A stretch of 64,000 nt of DNA from Octopus sinensis (GCF_006345805.1 NW_021833893.1:62001-126000), one strand, 5' to 3'; shown: positions 29,776 to 42,570, counted from the stretch's first letter. The notes: generated by a model not told the origin, from the sequence alone. Translations and numbers: made by a program.

Positions 29776-31799
29776 AACATGAAAAATAGGACTCATGCTG
29801 AGTCAGACTCAAATAAGTATAGACTTATTGATCGGTGAAAGTTACATAGTGACTGAAGGTTCGAGAGTTTCGTGCAGAGGCACTTATCAAACTAATTAAA
29901 TCAGTGTTTTCTATATAAAATGAAAAAGCAGGACAGTATTGGAAACAAACATGACGCAGATACTATTTTATATAAAACGTAGGAAGACTTTTGATTGATA
30001 ATACGACAGAATTAAGGCAAGATAAAAAATGAAAGTCGTCAATATATAAGGCATTCTACCTAAACTACGTCTATGATACGATTTGTTAGTAGTAACGCTG
30101 AAAGGAAACTATTTCCTAAGGAACTCAAGAGAAGGATAAAAAGAGCAGATAGAGAAGAATAAAGACAAAAGGAAAGTAAGGATTGAATGAAAAATGAAAA
30201 GGGGAATCAAGGCTGAAGTGAATGCTAGGCTGGAGTTGAAAAAAAAAGGCACTTACCCAGGCAGTGGTCAAGCAGATAATGGTATGGGATATTGAATGGT
30301 CGTTTTGCACCAAAAAGGTGGACGGGGGGAGGGGGAGACCCATTGACCTGGGAGTGCAGGTAGAAAGAAAGAGGAAGTGTAGAGAAAGAAGGCAATAAAG
30401 ATAGATAGGAGGTGGTTATAAAGACAGGGAAATGAAAGGTAGTAAAGAGAGAAAAGAAGATGTGTAGAGAGAAAGAACGATAGAAATAGATAGGGAATGT
30501 TTTACAAAGAAGAGGATAGGAAAGGTTAGAAAACGGAGACAATGTCCACCAAATGTTGAAAGCTGTGTGGGATACCACTGAGTAAGAATAGAAGCGGATG
30601 TGTGGCTTTACAAATTTATTTTTGTAATTTCGGTTTGCAATTATTTATAATTAAATGTTTCCTTTCAAAGTTTTTACTTTCAAACAATTTATTCATGCAC
30701 ATTTTGGACCTAACAACCTATATGAGAAAATCGTTTTGACTGAAAGAATTTTGAAAGGGTTTTATTTTTAGACTGGGGTCAAACGGTCTTCAACCATATT
30801 TTAAGTCTTTAGCAACACCAATTACAAAGAACTTGGGAGTGGTACTGAAAGATGGAGGGAAGTATTTGACAGACAGAAAGAGAGAGTTACACATTTTATC
30901 TGGGTGGGAGCTGTCTTCAATAATTCAAGTAATGCTATATATTCAAAATTAACCATGCATGCTGGTTTTGTTGTTGTTACTGTTGTTATTGTCACTTACT
31001 TTTTTTTGTATTTTGACACTATTTTCCTTCAAAAGTTAGTGGTCATAAACTCCCTAGGGAATTTTATGCCAGTTTCATCACTTCTATTTATTACTATCTT
31101 TTTCTTCTTTGTTTTGAGACGAGATCGAACTTAAGCATTTTATACCGATAAATTTTAGACATTTTTTTTCTGAAACTGGTAAGATTATGTGGCTGCAAAT
31201 TTTAATCTTGAACCCACTGAGAATTCTAGGGGGTGCAGGTGCACACGCTGCACCCCCTGTTCCCGGACCCTTGCTGCTGTTTTAAGAGCCGAAAAAAACT
31301 ATGGTACAATTCCTCTATTCCTCTGTGTACGTGTGTTCGCCCATGGTGTTGCCATCGTGGTAGTTGTTGTTATTGACATCGTGGTAGTTGTTGATATTGT
31401 CATCACTTGTTGACATTGTTATGGCCGTCCATGAAATTTTGTGTGTGTGTGTGTATGAGTTCGCTTCGTATGTCTTATGTATCCACGTCTTTTATATAGT
31501 TTTATTTATATATTTTATCTATCTCTACGTCTGATATTTATCACAGGTATGTGACGTATATACTTATATATTTATATATCTATTTATATATTTATTTACT
31601 TACTATTTTTTTATACATCTGTTTTATATCTCTATTTCTCATAAGTATCATAGGTTAGTGCATATGTCTATTGTGTGTGTATTACCCTGCATGTTTCTGA
31701 GTATTATTTATGGTTTTTATTTTTATCCTCTCTCCCTTCTCATCCCTACTGTCTTTAGTCATGTGGTGTGGTGGTGGGTGTTACTGTTCCATTTGTGTT

Positions 31800-32380
31800 A
31801 AATGTATATATATGAGAAGGAGAATTTAAAAATCTCTATGCCAATCGCTTAGCCTTCTTCCGACATAGAGACAAAAGTAAAGCTACTAAGTTGGCAAGTC
31901 ATGCATGGAGTTTGAAAGATAATGAAACACCGCATGTGGTTAAACAGAAAGTAATTGAGAAATCCATACCTTATGCGAATGAATCGAATAAATGTGAACT
32001 TTGATTGGCTGAGAAAGCGCAGATCCTGTTCAAATCAAAGATCCGTTACTTTCTATTGAACTCCAGGTCAGAGATTTTCAGTGGTTGCATGAATATGTAT
32101 AAATATATTCTGAAGAATTGGAAAATTCCACCTATTCCTGACTGACTTGATATCTTTCCAGCCTTATCATTTAAGACCTAAGGAAGATAGCACTTTTTGA
32201 CTTTTGATACTTTAGTTTCGTTTTTCGTCTTCCCTTGTTTACTGTCTGCCTTTTCTATACGCTGCCTTCTCAGCTTCATCGCGTTTCCTCTATCCAATTT
32301 TTAGTTCGTTATGATATGTAGTCTGCGCCTGAAGAATATGTTTGAGTTCTCTCAACATATGAAATTATTAGTAGCGCTTT
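31800..32380 (+). mobile_element. PLE 3' fragment (GIY-YIG C-terminus + 3' UTR)
   Basis: ATKLASHAWSLKDNETPHVVK...EKSIPYANESNKCEL*LAEK...LLNSRSEIFSGC, read across frameshifts. Confidence 0.78.
32325..32377 (+). ncRNA. Type I hammerhead ribozyme motif in a PLE 3' UTR
   Basis: GCGC-CUGAAGA-AUAUGUUUGAG[UUCU]CUCAACAUAU-GAAA-UU[AUU]AG-UA-GCGC; GUA triplet; A-U closes stem II. Confidence 0.62.
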
Positions 32381-32401
32381 AATGATGTAATGTGACCGTT
32401 A

Positions 32402-32468
<67 letters not shown>

Positions 32469-32607
32469 TAATAATAATAATAATAATAATAAAAATTAAA
32501 ATAATCATAATAATGATGATGATGATGATGATGATAATGATGATGATGATGTTGATGATGATGATAATAATAATAATAATAATAATAATAATATAATAAT
32601 AATAATA

Positions 32608-32640
<33 letters not shown>

Positions 32641-32964
32641 ATATATATAATATATATATATATATACACGGATGCAGCACGGATTTTTGTCAGTGAACAG
32701 GTCGCGGATTTTAGCGACGAAAATATTTTGACAAATTAAACTTAAATGTTGAAGTGAATCGAACGGCGTTTGTGTGTTTCTTAAATGGCTTATAAACACC
32801 TTCCACGCTGCAATTGATTTCGTTTCAGCACACGATCTCAGATCAAATTACTTGCTATGCGAGTACAAATCCGTAATATATATATATATATATTATGTAC
32901 AAGCATACACATACACACACATATATAAGCGCAGGCGTGGCTGAGTGGTAAGAAGCTTGCTTCC

Positions 32965-34754
32965 GGTTAAACAGTGAGGACGTGAGTTTTGAGCTCCGTC
33001 CTAAAAAGAAAAAAGAACAACAGCAGCTTAAGCTCGTCGAGGTAGGTGGTTTTGTTTTCGTTTGAGCTGGATGTAATTTGTCAAATAGTAATCGGTTGTG
33101 TGTTGATAAATTTCGCCCGGCTCCGTGGCAATTCTGCCTGCTGTCGGGGGCTGCTGTTTGTTGGTTTTTATATTGGAAAAAAAGGGGGCGTATCTTCGCC
33201 CGAACTTGCTGAACTTTGCCATTGAAACTTGTTGGATTACCATTGAACCTACGAAGTTGGCCAGGAGTACCTGTTGGCCATTGATGTTTGCTGTGTGAAC
33301 TGCTTTTCTTTTCTCTATCCTTCTGTTTATTTACTTTCTTTTTGGAGCTGTTTTTGCGTTTCTTTTGAATTTATCTTTTTCATATTTTTTGAACTGACTT
33401 ATTTATTTTCTTTTTGGACTTGTAAATTCATTTGGACTTTCCTTCTTCTTTTTAATTGACTTTGAAACATGGCAAATGCAAAAAGTGCCTTAGAATGGGA
33501 GGTGGTCCCACCTAAGCAATGGATTAAAGATCTTGAGAAGAGGACGGTGTGGTTGCTGTTTGGTACCCCCGTGGAAGCTGGCAGATTTGTCAGCGAGCCC
33601 CTTGATGGAGATGAAATTTTGTTCCTCTCCACTTATTGTGGAAGGAAGATAAGAAGAGCCTGGGTATGCGGGCTGCCCCCGGGCACGGAGGCGGGATGGA
33701 TCGAGGAGACCATCCGGCGAGGCCTGGGGGATAGCGGGCCCAGGCTATTGAGTGTAAAGATTACTCCCGCGGTCGGCTGGGAGGGGTCAAAGGCAACTTT
33801 GACCATGTGGACCCCGGTGGCCGTGGGAGACATGATGTTTCCGGATTTCCTAAAAATGGCCGGGTACAGGTACCCGATGATACTCGAGGGACGTCCCCCC
33901 AAGTGTCAACTGGCCATATCAAAAGGAACTGTCCAGGGGGCCGTGGTGGTGCCCTGGAGCATGAGAAAGAGAAGTTGCCCGCCGCCCCCTCATTGGAGGG
34001 GGAGACGGTGGAAGTCGTGGAGGAAGTTGCTTCCACGAAAAGAAAAAGAAAGGTGAGCAACAATGGTTGCCCACCAAAGAATGTTCAGGCGGCGGAGGAG
34101 GGTACTGACCCCCCGCGTCTGTCGACGCAGCCCCCTGCTCCCGCAGACTCAAAAAGAAAGAGGAAGAAGAGGAGTAGAGGACGGTCGGCGGATGTTCCTG
34201 GGCCGCCGAGGAAGCCGCAGGTGGGATGTGTGCCACCTGCGGATAGGGCTCCGTCAGTGGGAAGTGTGCCACTGACGGAGCAGTGTGAGGTCCCTTCCTG
34301 TGAAGAGGAAGGGTTTCTCCTCTTTTACCACAAGGGAGGGACGGTGAGTAAATTTATGGACGGCTTGGATGACCGAGAACGTGTGTACTTGGTCTGCTCA
34401 AGTAGTCCGATATGGCCTCCGCAGGTGGCTGCGGAGGTAGTAACTGAAAGAATTTTGTCAAAGGTCACAGCGACCTTTGACAAGGAAGAATTTGCTTTCC
34501 TCTTTGCAGGCCCCGACTTGTCGATGCAGTGTTGTCTGCAGGCGGCAAGTCACATTGCTTGAGGGACCTGACAAAGAGAACTGTAAAAAAACTTTGTATT
34601 GTTGTAAGAAACTTTGTATTCGAGGGTTTGTCAGTCGGTGGGCGCCGACATCCCTCTCATCCGCATCATTTCGTTTCATTTCATCTCATCCTGTCCATGT
34701 CCAGCCCACAAGCTTCTATCTGTGTACTGCCCTTGTGGCAAATTGAATGAAATA
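32965..34754 (+). mobile_element. ORF1-only non-LTR retroelement (Tx1/L1-like, half-LINE type)
   Basis: TSD AAGAAGCTTGCTTCC (32950-32964) / AAGAAGCTTGTGTCC (34755-34769), 13/15. One ORF1-like frame then a 3' UTR ending ATGAAATA; no ORF2. Confidence 0.75.
33469..34562 (+). pseudogene. Tx1-like ORF1 (gag-like) with a frameshift in the CCHC knuckle
   Basis: ATG at 33469. STYCGRKIRRAWVCGLPP...MILEGRPPKC, then a frame switch near 33905 to STGHIKRNCP (remnant knuckle) and a basic KRKRK region. Confidence 0.65.
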
Positions 34755-35368
34755 AAGAAGCTTGTGTCCCATCCCCATGGTTCCGGGTTCAGTCCCACTG
34801 CATCGCACCTTGGATAAGTGTCTTCTACTATAGCTTCGGGCCGACCAAAAACTTCTGAGTGGATTTAGTAGGCGGAAACTGGAAGAAGCCCGTCGCATAT
34901 GTATGTATATATATTTATATGTATCGTTGTGTCTGTGTTTGTCCCCCCATCACCGCTTGACAACCGGTGTTGTTATGTCTATCTCCCCGTTAACTAGCGG
35001 TTTGGCAAAAGAGATCGATAGAATAAGTAGTAGGTTTAAAAAAAGTCCTGGTGTTGATATGAATCAACACCAAACCCCTTCAAGTCGGTGCTCCAGCAAG
35101 GCTGCAATCAACTGACTGAAAGCAGTAAAAGAATAAAAATGTGTGTGTGTGTGTAGTATGTAGATAGTGCTAACATTCAAGAAGTGTCCTCATGAAGCGT
35201 ATCTGCTTATTCCACTACTCCAAAATTGTATGTAGATGTTATTGTGTGAGGCATGCAGAAAAGTTGAAGATACTTCTTTGCAGGGTTATTACATGTCAAA
35301 GCAGGAGAGTGGAAAAATTCTTTGGTATTAATGTTTGTGCTGTAATCTTTAAAATGTTGGATTGTATA

Positions 35369-35835
35369 TAGTAGGCACTCGTCATATCACGGTGCACCTA
35401 TCACGCGGTCAGTACATCGCGGATTTATATCGCGTACTTCTCAGTATATCGCGGGCTCCTGCGACCGATAGGTATTTATGTTGTTTTAGATTTTAATTAT
35501 TTCTGTGGTAAAACCAGCATTTTCACGCCTAAAAATAAATTAATAAATAAAAGCACAGTACAGTACTGCACTGTATAACATATTAATTAAAATATATTAG
35601 AAGGAAATACACAGTATACCGTGGATAAGTAAACAAAGAATCGCACATACTGTAAGGAAAACGGAACTCAGGAGGCGAGTGTGTGGTGTTGCTTTGCATT
35701 TATAATAAAACAAAAATATACTAATTATAAAAATAATTAAAAAATATACAGTACAGTATTGTTTCTACTTCGCGGATTTTCACCTATTACGGGGTGTTTT
35801 GCAGCGCAACACCTACGATAATCGAGGGATTACTG
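35369..35835. mobile_element. pogo/Tigger-like MITE inserted in the Gypsy 3' LTR
   Basis: Right end revcomp CAGTAATCCCTCGATTATCG; left end TAGTAGGCACTCGTCATATCACGG; TA/CA flanks; LTR sequence resumes on both sides. Confidence 0.78.
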
Positions 35836-35891
35836 CACTTAGTCAAAACCAGTAAAGACATGATTAATTCTGCCCACTGACTACGTACTCT

Positions 35892-36703
35892 TTCTTTATT
35901 TTGGCACTACGATCAGAACACAGAGGGGACACCACAGTGGGGATAAAAAACACAAGACGAATGAAAATGATGTTATATAATAATGAAAATGAAATGGCTG
36001 CATGGACCCCATTCCTATGCTGTACCATCTGAACATTTAAATATGTTGTTTATAATCGTTCATTTTCCCTTTTGTTTTTTTCCTTATCATCGTTTTCTTT
36101 CTTTTTTAAAAAACAAAACAATTTTACTTCCCCCTTTTCCTAATAAAACAATTTTACTTTTTTCTTTTGTAATATTTCATAAAAGGTTCGAGATCTTTCA
36201 TTTCTACCACTGGTGGAAATTCATCGATTTCCACCGTCACTCCGAGCGGATCAGTTCCTCTTCCACATATCTTTCAGCTTGTACTTCTCCTTGTCGACCA
36301 CAATGGCCTTCACGTTCTCCGAATACACATCTGTGGGCAGCTTCCCCCTCATAATGGACTTAAATTTCATTATTTTCCGTTCAGTTTATTTTTAGCATAA
36401 GTCACAAAATTCCATCGATACTTTTTCGCTTTTCTTACTTGTTTTCCCCTTTCCTGCTCTACTCCTGGTACTTTTCTTTTCCTCCTACAATCTGAATAGT
36501 CTCTCCATATCTCCTTCATACAGTTGTTCTCCTACTCCTTTTCCTCCACTAGTGTAACCAATGTCTTTGCTTCTGCCTCATCCTTCTGCAACTCCTCCTT
36601 GAGCTCCTCCTCAAGCTCCTTTCCAATCTCCTTGTCAATCATCATTTCACCTTCCTCACTTCTGACTTCCTTCACAACCTCTTTCTCTACTTCTTTTTTC
36701 TTT
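35892..36703 (-). mobile_element. 5'-truncated non-LTR fragment (ORF1-like C-terminus + 3' UTR) in the Gypsy 3' LTR
   Basis: About 24-26 bp TSD TTCTGCC(TC)CACT(G/T)ACTACGTACTCT (35868-35891, 36704-36729). E/K-rich frame and MKFKSIMRGKLPTDVYSENVKAIVVDK; 3' end ...GTGCCAAAATAAA. Confidence 0.62.
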
Positions 36704-39700
36704 TTCTGCCTCCACTTACTACGTACTCTAGTACTTCACGCACGTCTCTTACTTATAGTGACTATGTTATTCCATTCATCACATGGGAGGGATGTATCAT
36801 TACTAATTCCCTAAGTGTCCTTTTATTTAGCAATAATTTCCTTTTTATTCACCCCACCTCCCATTTTTGAGGGTGTTTTTCGTACAATGTAATGGTTTTT
36901 GCACTTGGCGTCTATTTCCAGGAACTCTGTATGCTTTCTTTTCCTCTCACTTGTACGCTTGGGTTCAATTACCTACAGTGGTATTGTTACTTGGAACGTA
37001 TCGTAGAACCATTCCATGAGTTGCTCCAACTTCTTTGATTCACTTTCCACGAATCTCTTTTTCAGTTGGTTCCTTGTCTCTTTTGTATGCCTTTTCTACT
37101 TTTTACCCAATACATCATTTTACCTAAGCATTTGGTAATTACGCCATCCTCCCAACTCTACTTTCCATTCTTGTATGCCCTCATATGCACCTTTTCACTA
37201 ACTTCAAGAAATGTTGCTTGTCTTCCCAGGCACTTTTTCTTTTCTTGCAAGGTAGCAATTTATTATAAACTGATTTTACATACCTTGCAAACGTCAGCTC
37301 CGCTGGTGATCTACCTGCTGGTTTATTCGGATTTGGTGTCACACAGTACACTCTTAAAATTGTTGTAGAGCTACCTCATCTGCGATTTCTTTATTCGATT
37401 TTCTTAGGGCTCTCTTGAAGGTATCGACAAAGCATTCTGTTTGTCCATTAGATCTGAAATGGTATGACACAGAAGTTACATGTTCTGTAAACATTTCACA
37501 AAATTTTTAAAATTCGCTAGACACAAATTGTGTTCCATTGTCAGACACTATCTTGTCTGGGTTGCCAAATCTTGCAAACAATTCGCGTAAAAGATTTATC
37601 ACAGTTGAGGAGTCTGGTTTTTTTTACATTTACAAATTTCAGGCCATTTCCAGAAACTATCAACTACCAATGATATATAAATCGCGACGGGTTACGATCG
37701 AGGCCATCAAGCGTAGGTCTTTAGACCACGACCGTGACCCAGATAGATGCATTTAATTTATGGGCGTTTATTGGGGTCTAATGTCACTCAAACGCTCCGA
37801 TATCCCCCAGAATGCAAAAGGACTGATAGAGTAACTAATGACTTTTCAGATGATGTAAAACTTGCCACCATTATATACTAAGAAGTTATTTTAACTAGTT
37901 TTTTGTTTTTTATGAATGCATGATAGTCTCATTTTCATAAAATGTGTTCAGCAGTCCATGCCATGTAAATGCAAAGCCCAGCGCTTTATGGGTTAAGTAG
38001 TAAGAACCGCTTAATGTGTAATCCTGACCACGGAACAGCTATTTTTGAATAATGTTTACTTTTTATCGTGGGTAATTTTTCATTTCGTTTTGGCTTACAT
38101 ACAGGTGTTCCACCTTGTTTTACTGCAATTTTTTGCTTCAATTCCCCAGCCGCATTCGAAACTTCGACTGAACCGACAATATTTCCACAGAAAACACTTA
38201 TGCGCGTATTCCACTCTGTGCTGAATAGATTAAGTGAATCTTTTAATACATATATCTTTGCCTTTTTCGTTTGGCCTCAAAATGTTATATTACATACAAA
38301 TTCATCGAAAAAATATAATCTTTTTTCCAGTAACACCATGTGCTACCTTTTTGATTTAATTAATTTCGTCTTTTCGACATATTTCCAAGATATTTCGTTT
38401 ACAATGGTGATATCACTACCAGTGTCCAAACTGCATTTTAACACTTGTATTTCTGATTTTCACCTCTACAAAATTCCTCATCGTTGTATTACCATTTCTT
38501 CGGATTACATACTATTTATTCTTTTTCCTTTGTTCTTACGTTTTTTCATCTTCGTTCTAGAGTGCGCCTTTATATGTCCTATATTTGCACTCAGCTTTAT
38601 TAACTGGACAATTTTCTCTCAGGTGTATACCTCCACATGTAAAACCTTGGTTTATTTCCTGACTTTTGCCGTGTTTTTTTTAGAAAACACTTAATCTCTA
38701 TTCGATTTTCTCCGTGTCGTGTCTTAATTTGACTATCCTTTCACATTTTTCTGACGCTTGCTTCAGGGTGACATTCTGGTTTTGCCCTAGCTTTGTGAGA
38801 ATTCTAGTTCTAACTTCTGCGTCTTTTTATGCATTTAGTCCCTGTGTAAAAATCAGGCATTGGAACATATCTGGTGTTAATTCGTCCATATTAAACTTCT
38901 CACATTCCCTATTCTCCCTATCAGCATATGTGATGTAGTTCTCGTCGTCGTTTTTCTCTATATTCAGACATTTCCAACGTTGTGTTGAACAAAGAGTTTT
39001 TACCTCTGAAAATTTTGCAGAGTATATATATCGTGTCATTAAAGTTTATGTCAGAAGGATTTATCGGGAGTACATAATTAATGTATCGTTCATTTTCTGT
39101 TGCCGCAGGTTTTCTCAAGATTAAGCGCGTTTTCATCTCGTCGTCCTAATCTTTACATTCTTTCTCGAAGATTTGCTCATATCTTCTGTAGTATGCTTCG
39201 AATTCGTATTTGAACTCTGTTATGGACTATGCGACTTAGCCTAGCGAGAATACTTTTTCTGAATTTCCTGACGACTTCCTTAATTGCAGCATTTGTTGTT
39301 GTAATAGTAATTGTTGTTGTTCTTGGTTCAGTCGTTGCTGTTTTTGCAACTTGTGGAAACCGGTCAACAAATTTTCCATAAGTTTTACGATTTTTTTCTT
39401 AAAATTCACAACAAAACTTTGTGAGTTTGTTATCCTCTCGTGAGTTGTTAATTCCTCATGAGTTGTTAATCCCTCGTAGAGTTTATTAATTCTTGAGTTG
39501 TTTAAATCCTCATCGCCACTGCTGAATTCTTTAAAAAGTTGGATTGTTATAACGCCCTCTTCGATATAGAGTATACTTAGTAAAAACCAGTAAAAACACG
39601 ACTGCCTACTGCCTACTCCAACTGCCTACCCCAACTGCCTACTAAGTACTCTGGCATTTCACGTACTTCTCTTTACTTATAGTAACTAGTTTATTCCATT

Positions 39701-39920
39701 CGTCACGTAGGATCGGAGTCTATCATTATTACTAATTCCCTACAGCAGTTTGGTAAGAATATGATATGATTCTCTGTCTGAAGAATAGGAGACGTCTCAC
39801 ATGTTTCTCGTATATGTACAATCGTGTAATTATTAGCAAATAAAACGCAAATGAAACACATGTAATGGTGAATGAGTAATACCAGAATATTTTTTACAGC
39901 CATCTGTTCTGACATATATA

Positions 39921-39974
<54 letters not shown>

Positions 39975-40023
39975 AATACTAAATTTCTAAATCTCTCGTA
40001 GAGACATATACGGTGGTGGGGCG

Positions 40024-40166
40024 ATAGAATGGTTGTATACTGTCAATCTAACACGAATGTGACAGTAGGGGGGTACACCACCGCTGTATAGCCCTGCTTC
40101 CTAGGGCTATACAGCGGTGGTGTTCCCCCCTACTATCACGTTCGTGTTAGATTGACAGTATACAAC

Positions 40167-40174
<8 letters not shown>
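40024..40174. repeat. 151-bp near-perfect hairpin (72-bp arms, 3 mismatches, 7-nt loop)
   Basis: ATAGAATGGTTGTATACTGTCAATCTAACACGAA...CCGCTGTATAGCCCT-GCTTCCT-AGGGCTATACAGCGG...CAACCATTCTAT, beside (TA)n. Confidence 0.93.
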
Positions 40175-40198
<24 letters not shown>

Positions 40199-40199
40199 T

Positions 40200-40530
40200 C
40201 GTTTATTCTTTTATTCTTTTACGCGTTTCAGACATTTGACTTTGGCCATGCTGGAGTACCACCTTAAAGTATTTTTACCCTAATACTTCTATCGGTCTCT
40301 TTTGCCGAACCGACCGATAAGTCACGGGGACATAAAAACACCTACATCGGTTGCCAAGCGATGGTGGTGGTGGTGGTGGTGGTGGGGCACAGACACAAAT
40401 ACACACACACACACACAAATATAAATATATACGACGAGCTTCTTTCAGTTTATGCCTACCAAATCCACTCACAAGAGTTTGGTTGGCCCGAAGCTATAGC
40501 AGAAGACAGTTGCCCAAGGTGTCACGCAGT
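40200..40530 (-). mobile_element. SINE family B copy (5' head missing)
   Basis: Reverse complement of the body and tail seen at 34790-35130. Confidence 0.8.
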
Positions 40531-41049
40531 TGATAATATTCTTCCATCATTTGTACGATGCATCGATACACATCCTTTTTTTATACTTAGTGAACTTCCG
40601 ACTCAAGAACTACACGCCTTCTCTACTAAATACCAGTGAACTTAGATCTTACACACACACACATGTATACATATGTATGTATGATTTTTCTTTGAGTTTG
40701 ATTTATGTTCCTCTTGTGAGAGTTCAAGCCAGTTGTTAACAAAGCAACATGACTTTCTGAGTTAAGAGAGTTTCCGGGTTTTGTAAATATGTGGTTGAGT
40801 TGATGTGTTGGTTGAACTGTTGATGCGTACACTTGGGTGTATGCATCTATTCACATGAGAATCTCAGATGGAGAACTTTGGGAATATTTTCCAAATTATC
40901 ACTGTTGCACTAATAGATTGGGTTCGAAGAATCCGCGTCATTTACTTTTGCTCTTTCCCCGTGAAACCTAGTATTTCTAGGTTTTTGTGCAAATTTATTG
41001 GTACATAACTAATGCACCTATGATGATTGGTAAAAACGAGAACTCATAG

Positions 41050-41945
41050 TCATGGTACCAGAGTACTATGGTACTATGGAGATCCGCATTAATTTGCCAT
41101 AAATGTTCTATTTTTCTTGGATTTTTGATTGCACATTCGCATTGCTGGGTAGTTGACCTCTACAACAGTGCATGACTTTCGTTCCGTGTCCCACAGCACA
41201 ATATCAAGTTCTTATATTTGCACCGAATTGATGTTTTATTCCTTGATTTTGAAGGTGTGAATACCTCCTGGTTTTGATATGCATTGATGTAAACGCCAGG
41301 GCAGTACTTCCTGCAGATAGCATTGTAAATATTCTTTGTAACTATACTCATGTTTCAAGGGCAGATAGTATCTCGTAGGCATTTAGGGGTAGCTGCTGAC
41401 GATGTGGGTGCACACTGGTGTGGCAGAGCTGACATTGTTTATCCCAACGTGGAGGTTTGGTAGTATCTTTGATCCTCTTGTTTATCAGGTATTTAGTAGC
41501 TGTCTCTTGTTCCTGAATAGCGAATGCATATCCTTCTAGGTGGGATGTAATGTATCTATCACAGGTCCAGGAGAGGCTACTCTTCCTGCCAATGCTGTTG
41601 TTATCCTCTAGCTTACGGGATATATACCTAGGCATTGTTTTTTGTTGGTGTGATGCTTGCTGCTCTCCCAAGCTTCCGTTTAGGTAAGCCAATTCAGTAT
41701 CTTTTGGGTCGCATGAGACAGTTGTGTTTTCAGAATACCTGCACTGTTGATGCGTACACTTGGGTGTATGCATCTCTTTAATTCTGACGATGTTGTTGCT
41801 TTCACTTTTGTGTATACATGTAATGTACACATTTCTTTCGTTTCTGTTCAGCAGGTGTTTTCTGAGTGATACACTGCTACATTCAAAGGCTGTTTGGACT
41901 GACCTTATGTCCCTATCGCCATCGCCATCGCTTCGTCACGCATAA
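41050..41945 (-). mobile_element. R4/Dong-like RLE fragment
   Basis: SWTCDRYITSHLEGYAFAIQEQE...KQCQLC (CCHC/RLE region); homologous to 10190-11055. Confidence 0.82.
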
Positions 41946-41966
41946 ATATGTATGTACATATGTATA

Positions 41967-42019
<53 letters not shown>

Positions 42020-42364
42020 ACACATACATACATATGTTTGTATTTCGCCTTTGTCGTACGTTTTAGCTCATATGGAGCACCATGCTATTTTCCCCCTTTA
42101 ATCGCTATAAATATGTCATGTAACGATAATTTCATCGTTAGCAAGGTTATGTAAATGCTGTTCTGAGTCTTAGTCAAGAGAAGATGAAGTGCAGCATTTC
42201 ATGCTGAGATTACGGTCATCAGCTGTACAGCAGTGTTGTATTTTTATTTGTGATAGTGATCTACAGCTTTGTGGACTGGACTTTATATAATATGAATTGG
42301 CAATCTTTGATCTGGAGTCCGATGGTCTCTGACGAACAACAAAGCATTAATATATGGGTGAATT

Positions 42365-42570
42365 ATAAGGCGGCGAATTGGCAGAATCGTTGGCACGTCA
42401 GACAAGCTGCTTAGCGGCATTTCTTTCATCTTCTGAGTTCAAATTCTGCCGAGGTCGACGTTGTCTTTCATCCTTTCGGAGCCGACAAAATAAGTACCAG
42501 TTGAGTACTGGAGTCGATGTAATCCTATTCCTCGAAATTGCTGGCCTTGTGACAAAATTTGTAACCAATA
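42365..42570 (+). mobile_element. SINE family A copy
   Basis: GGCAGAATCGTTGGCACG...GAGTTCAAATTCTGCCGAGGTCGAC...TCATCCTTTCGGAGCCGACAAAATAAGTACCAG. A more decayed copy lies at about 44155-44330. Confidence 0.82.

Larger units (their letters stand above)
32928..35130 (+). mobile_element. tRNA-derived SINE (family B, CORE-like) split by a 1.79-kb insertion
   Basis: Head GCGCAGGCGTGGCTGAGTGGTAAGAAGCTTGCTTCC ends at 32964. Body resumes at 34755 (GGTTCCGGGTTCAGTCCC, CACCTTGGATAAGTGTC); tail to about 35130. Confidence 0.88.
35338..39747 (-). mobile_element. Gypsy LTR retrotransposon (gag-protease-integrase, RT/RNase H not seen)
   Basis: TGCTG...CAGCA termini with exact 5-bp TSD GTTTG (35333-35337, 39748-39752). 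5' LTR about 39520-39747; PBS TGGCGATGAGG; gag KTRLILRK...YINYVLP and CLIFTQGL; protease DTGSDITI; decayed integrase ending TPNPNKPAGRSPAEL. The 3' LTR (35338-36814) carries two insertions. Confidence 0.9.
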
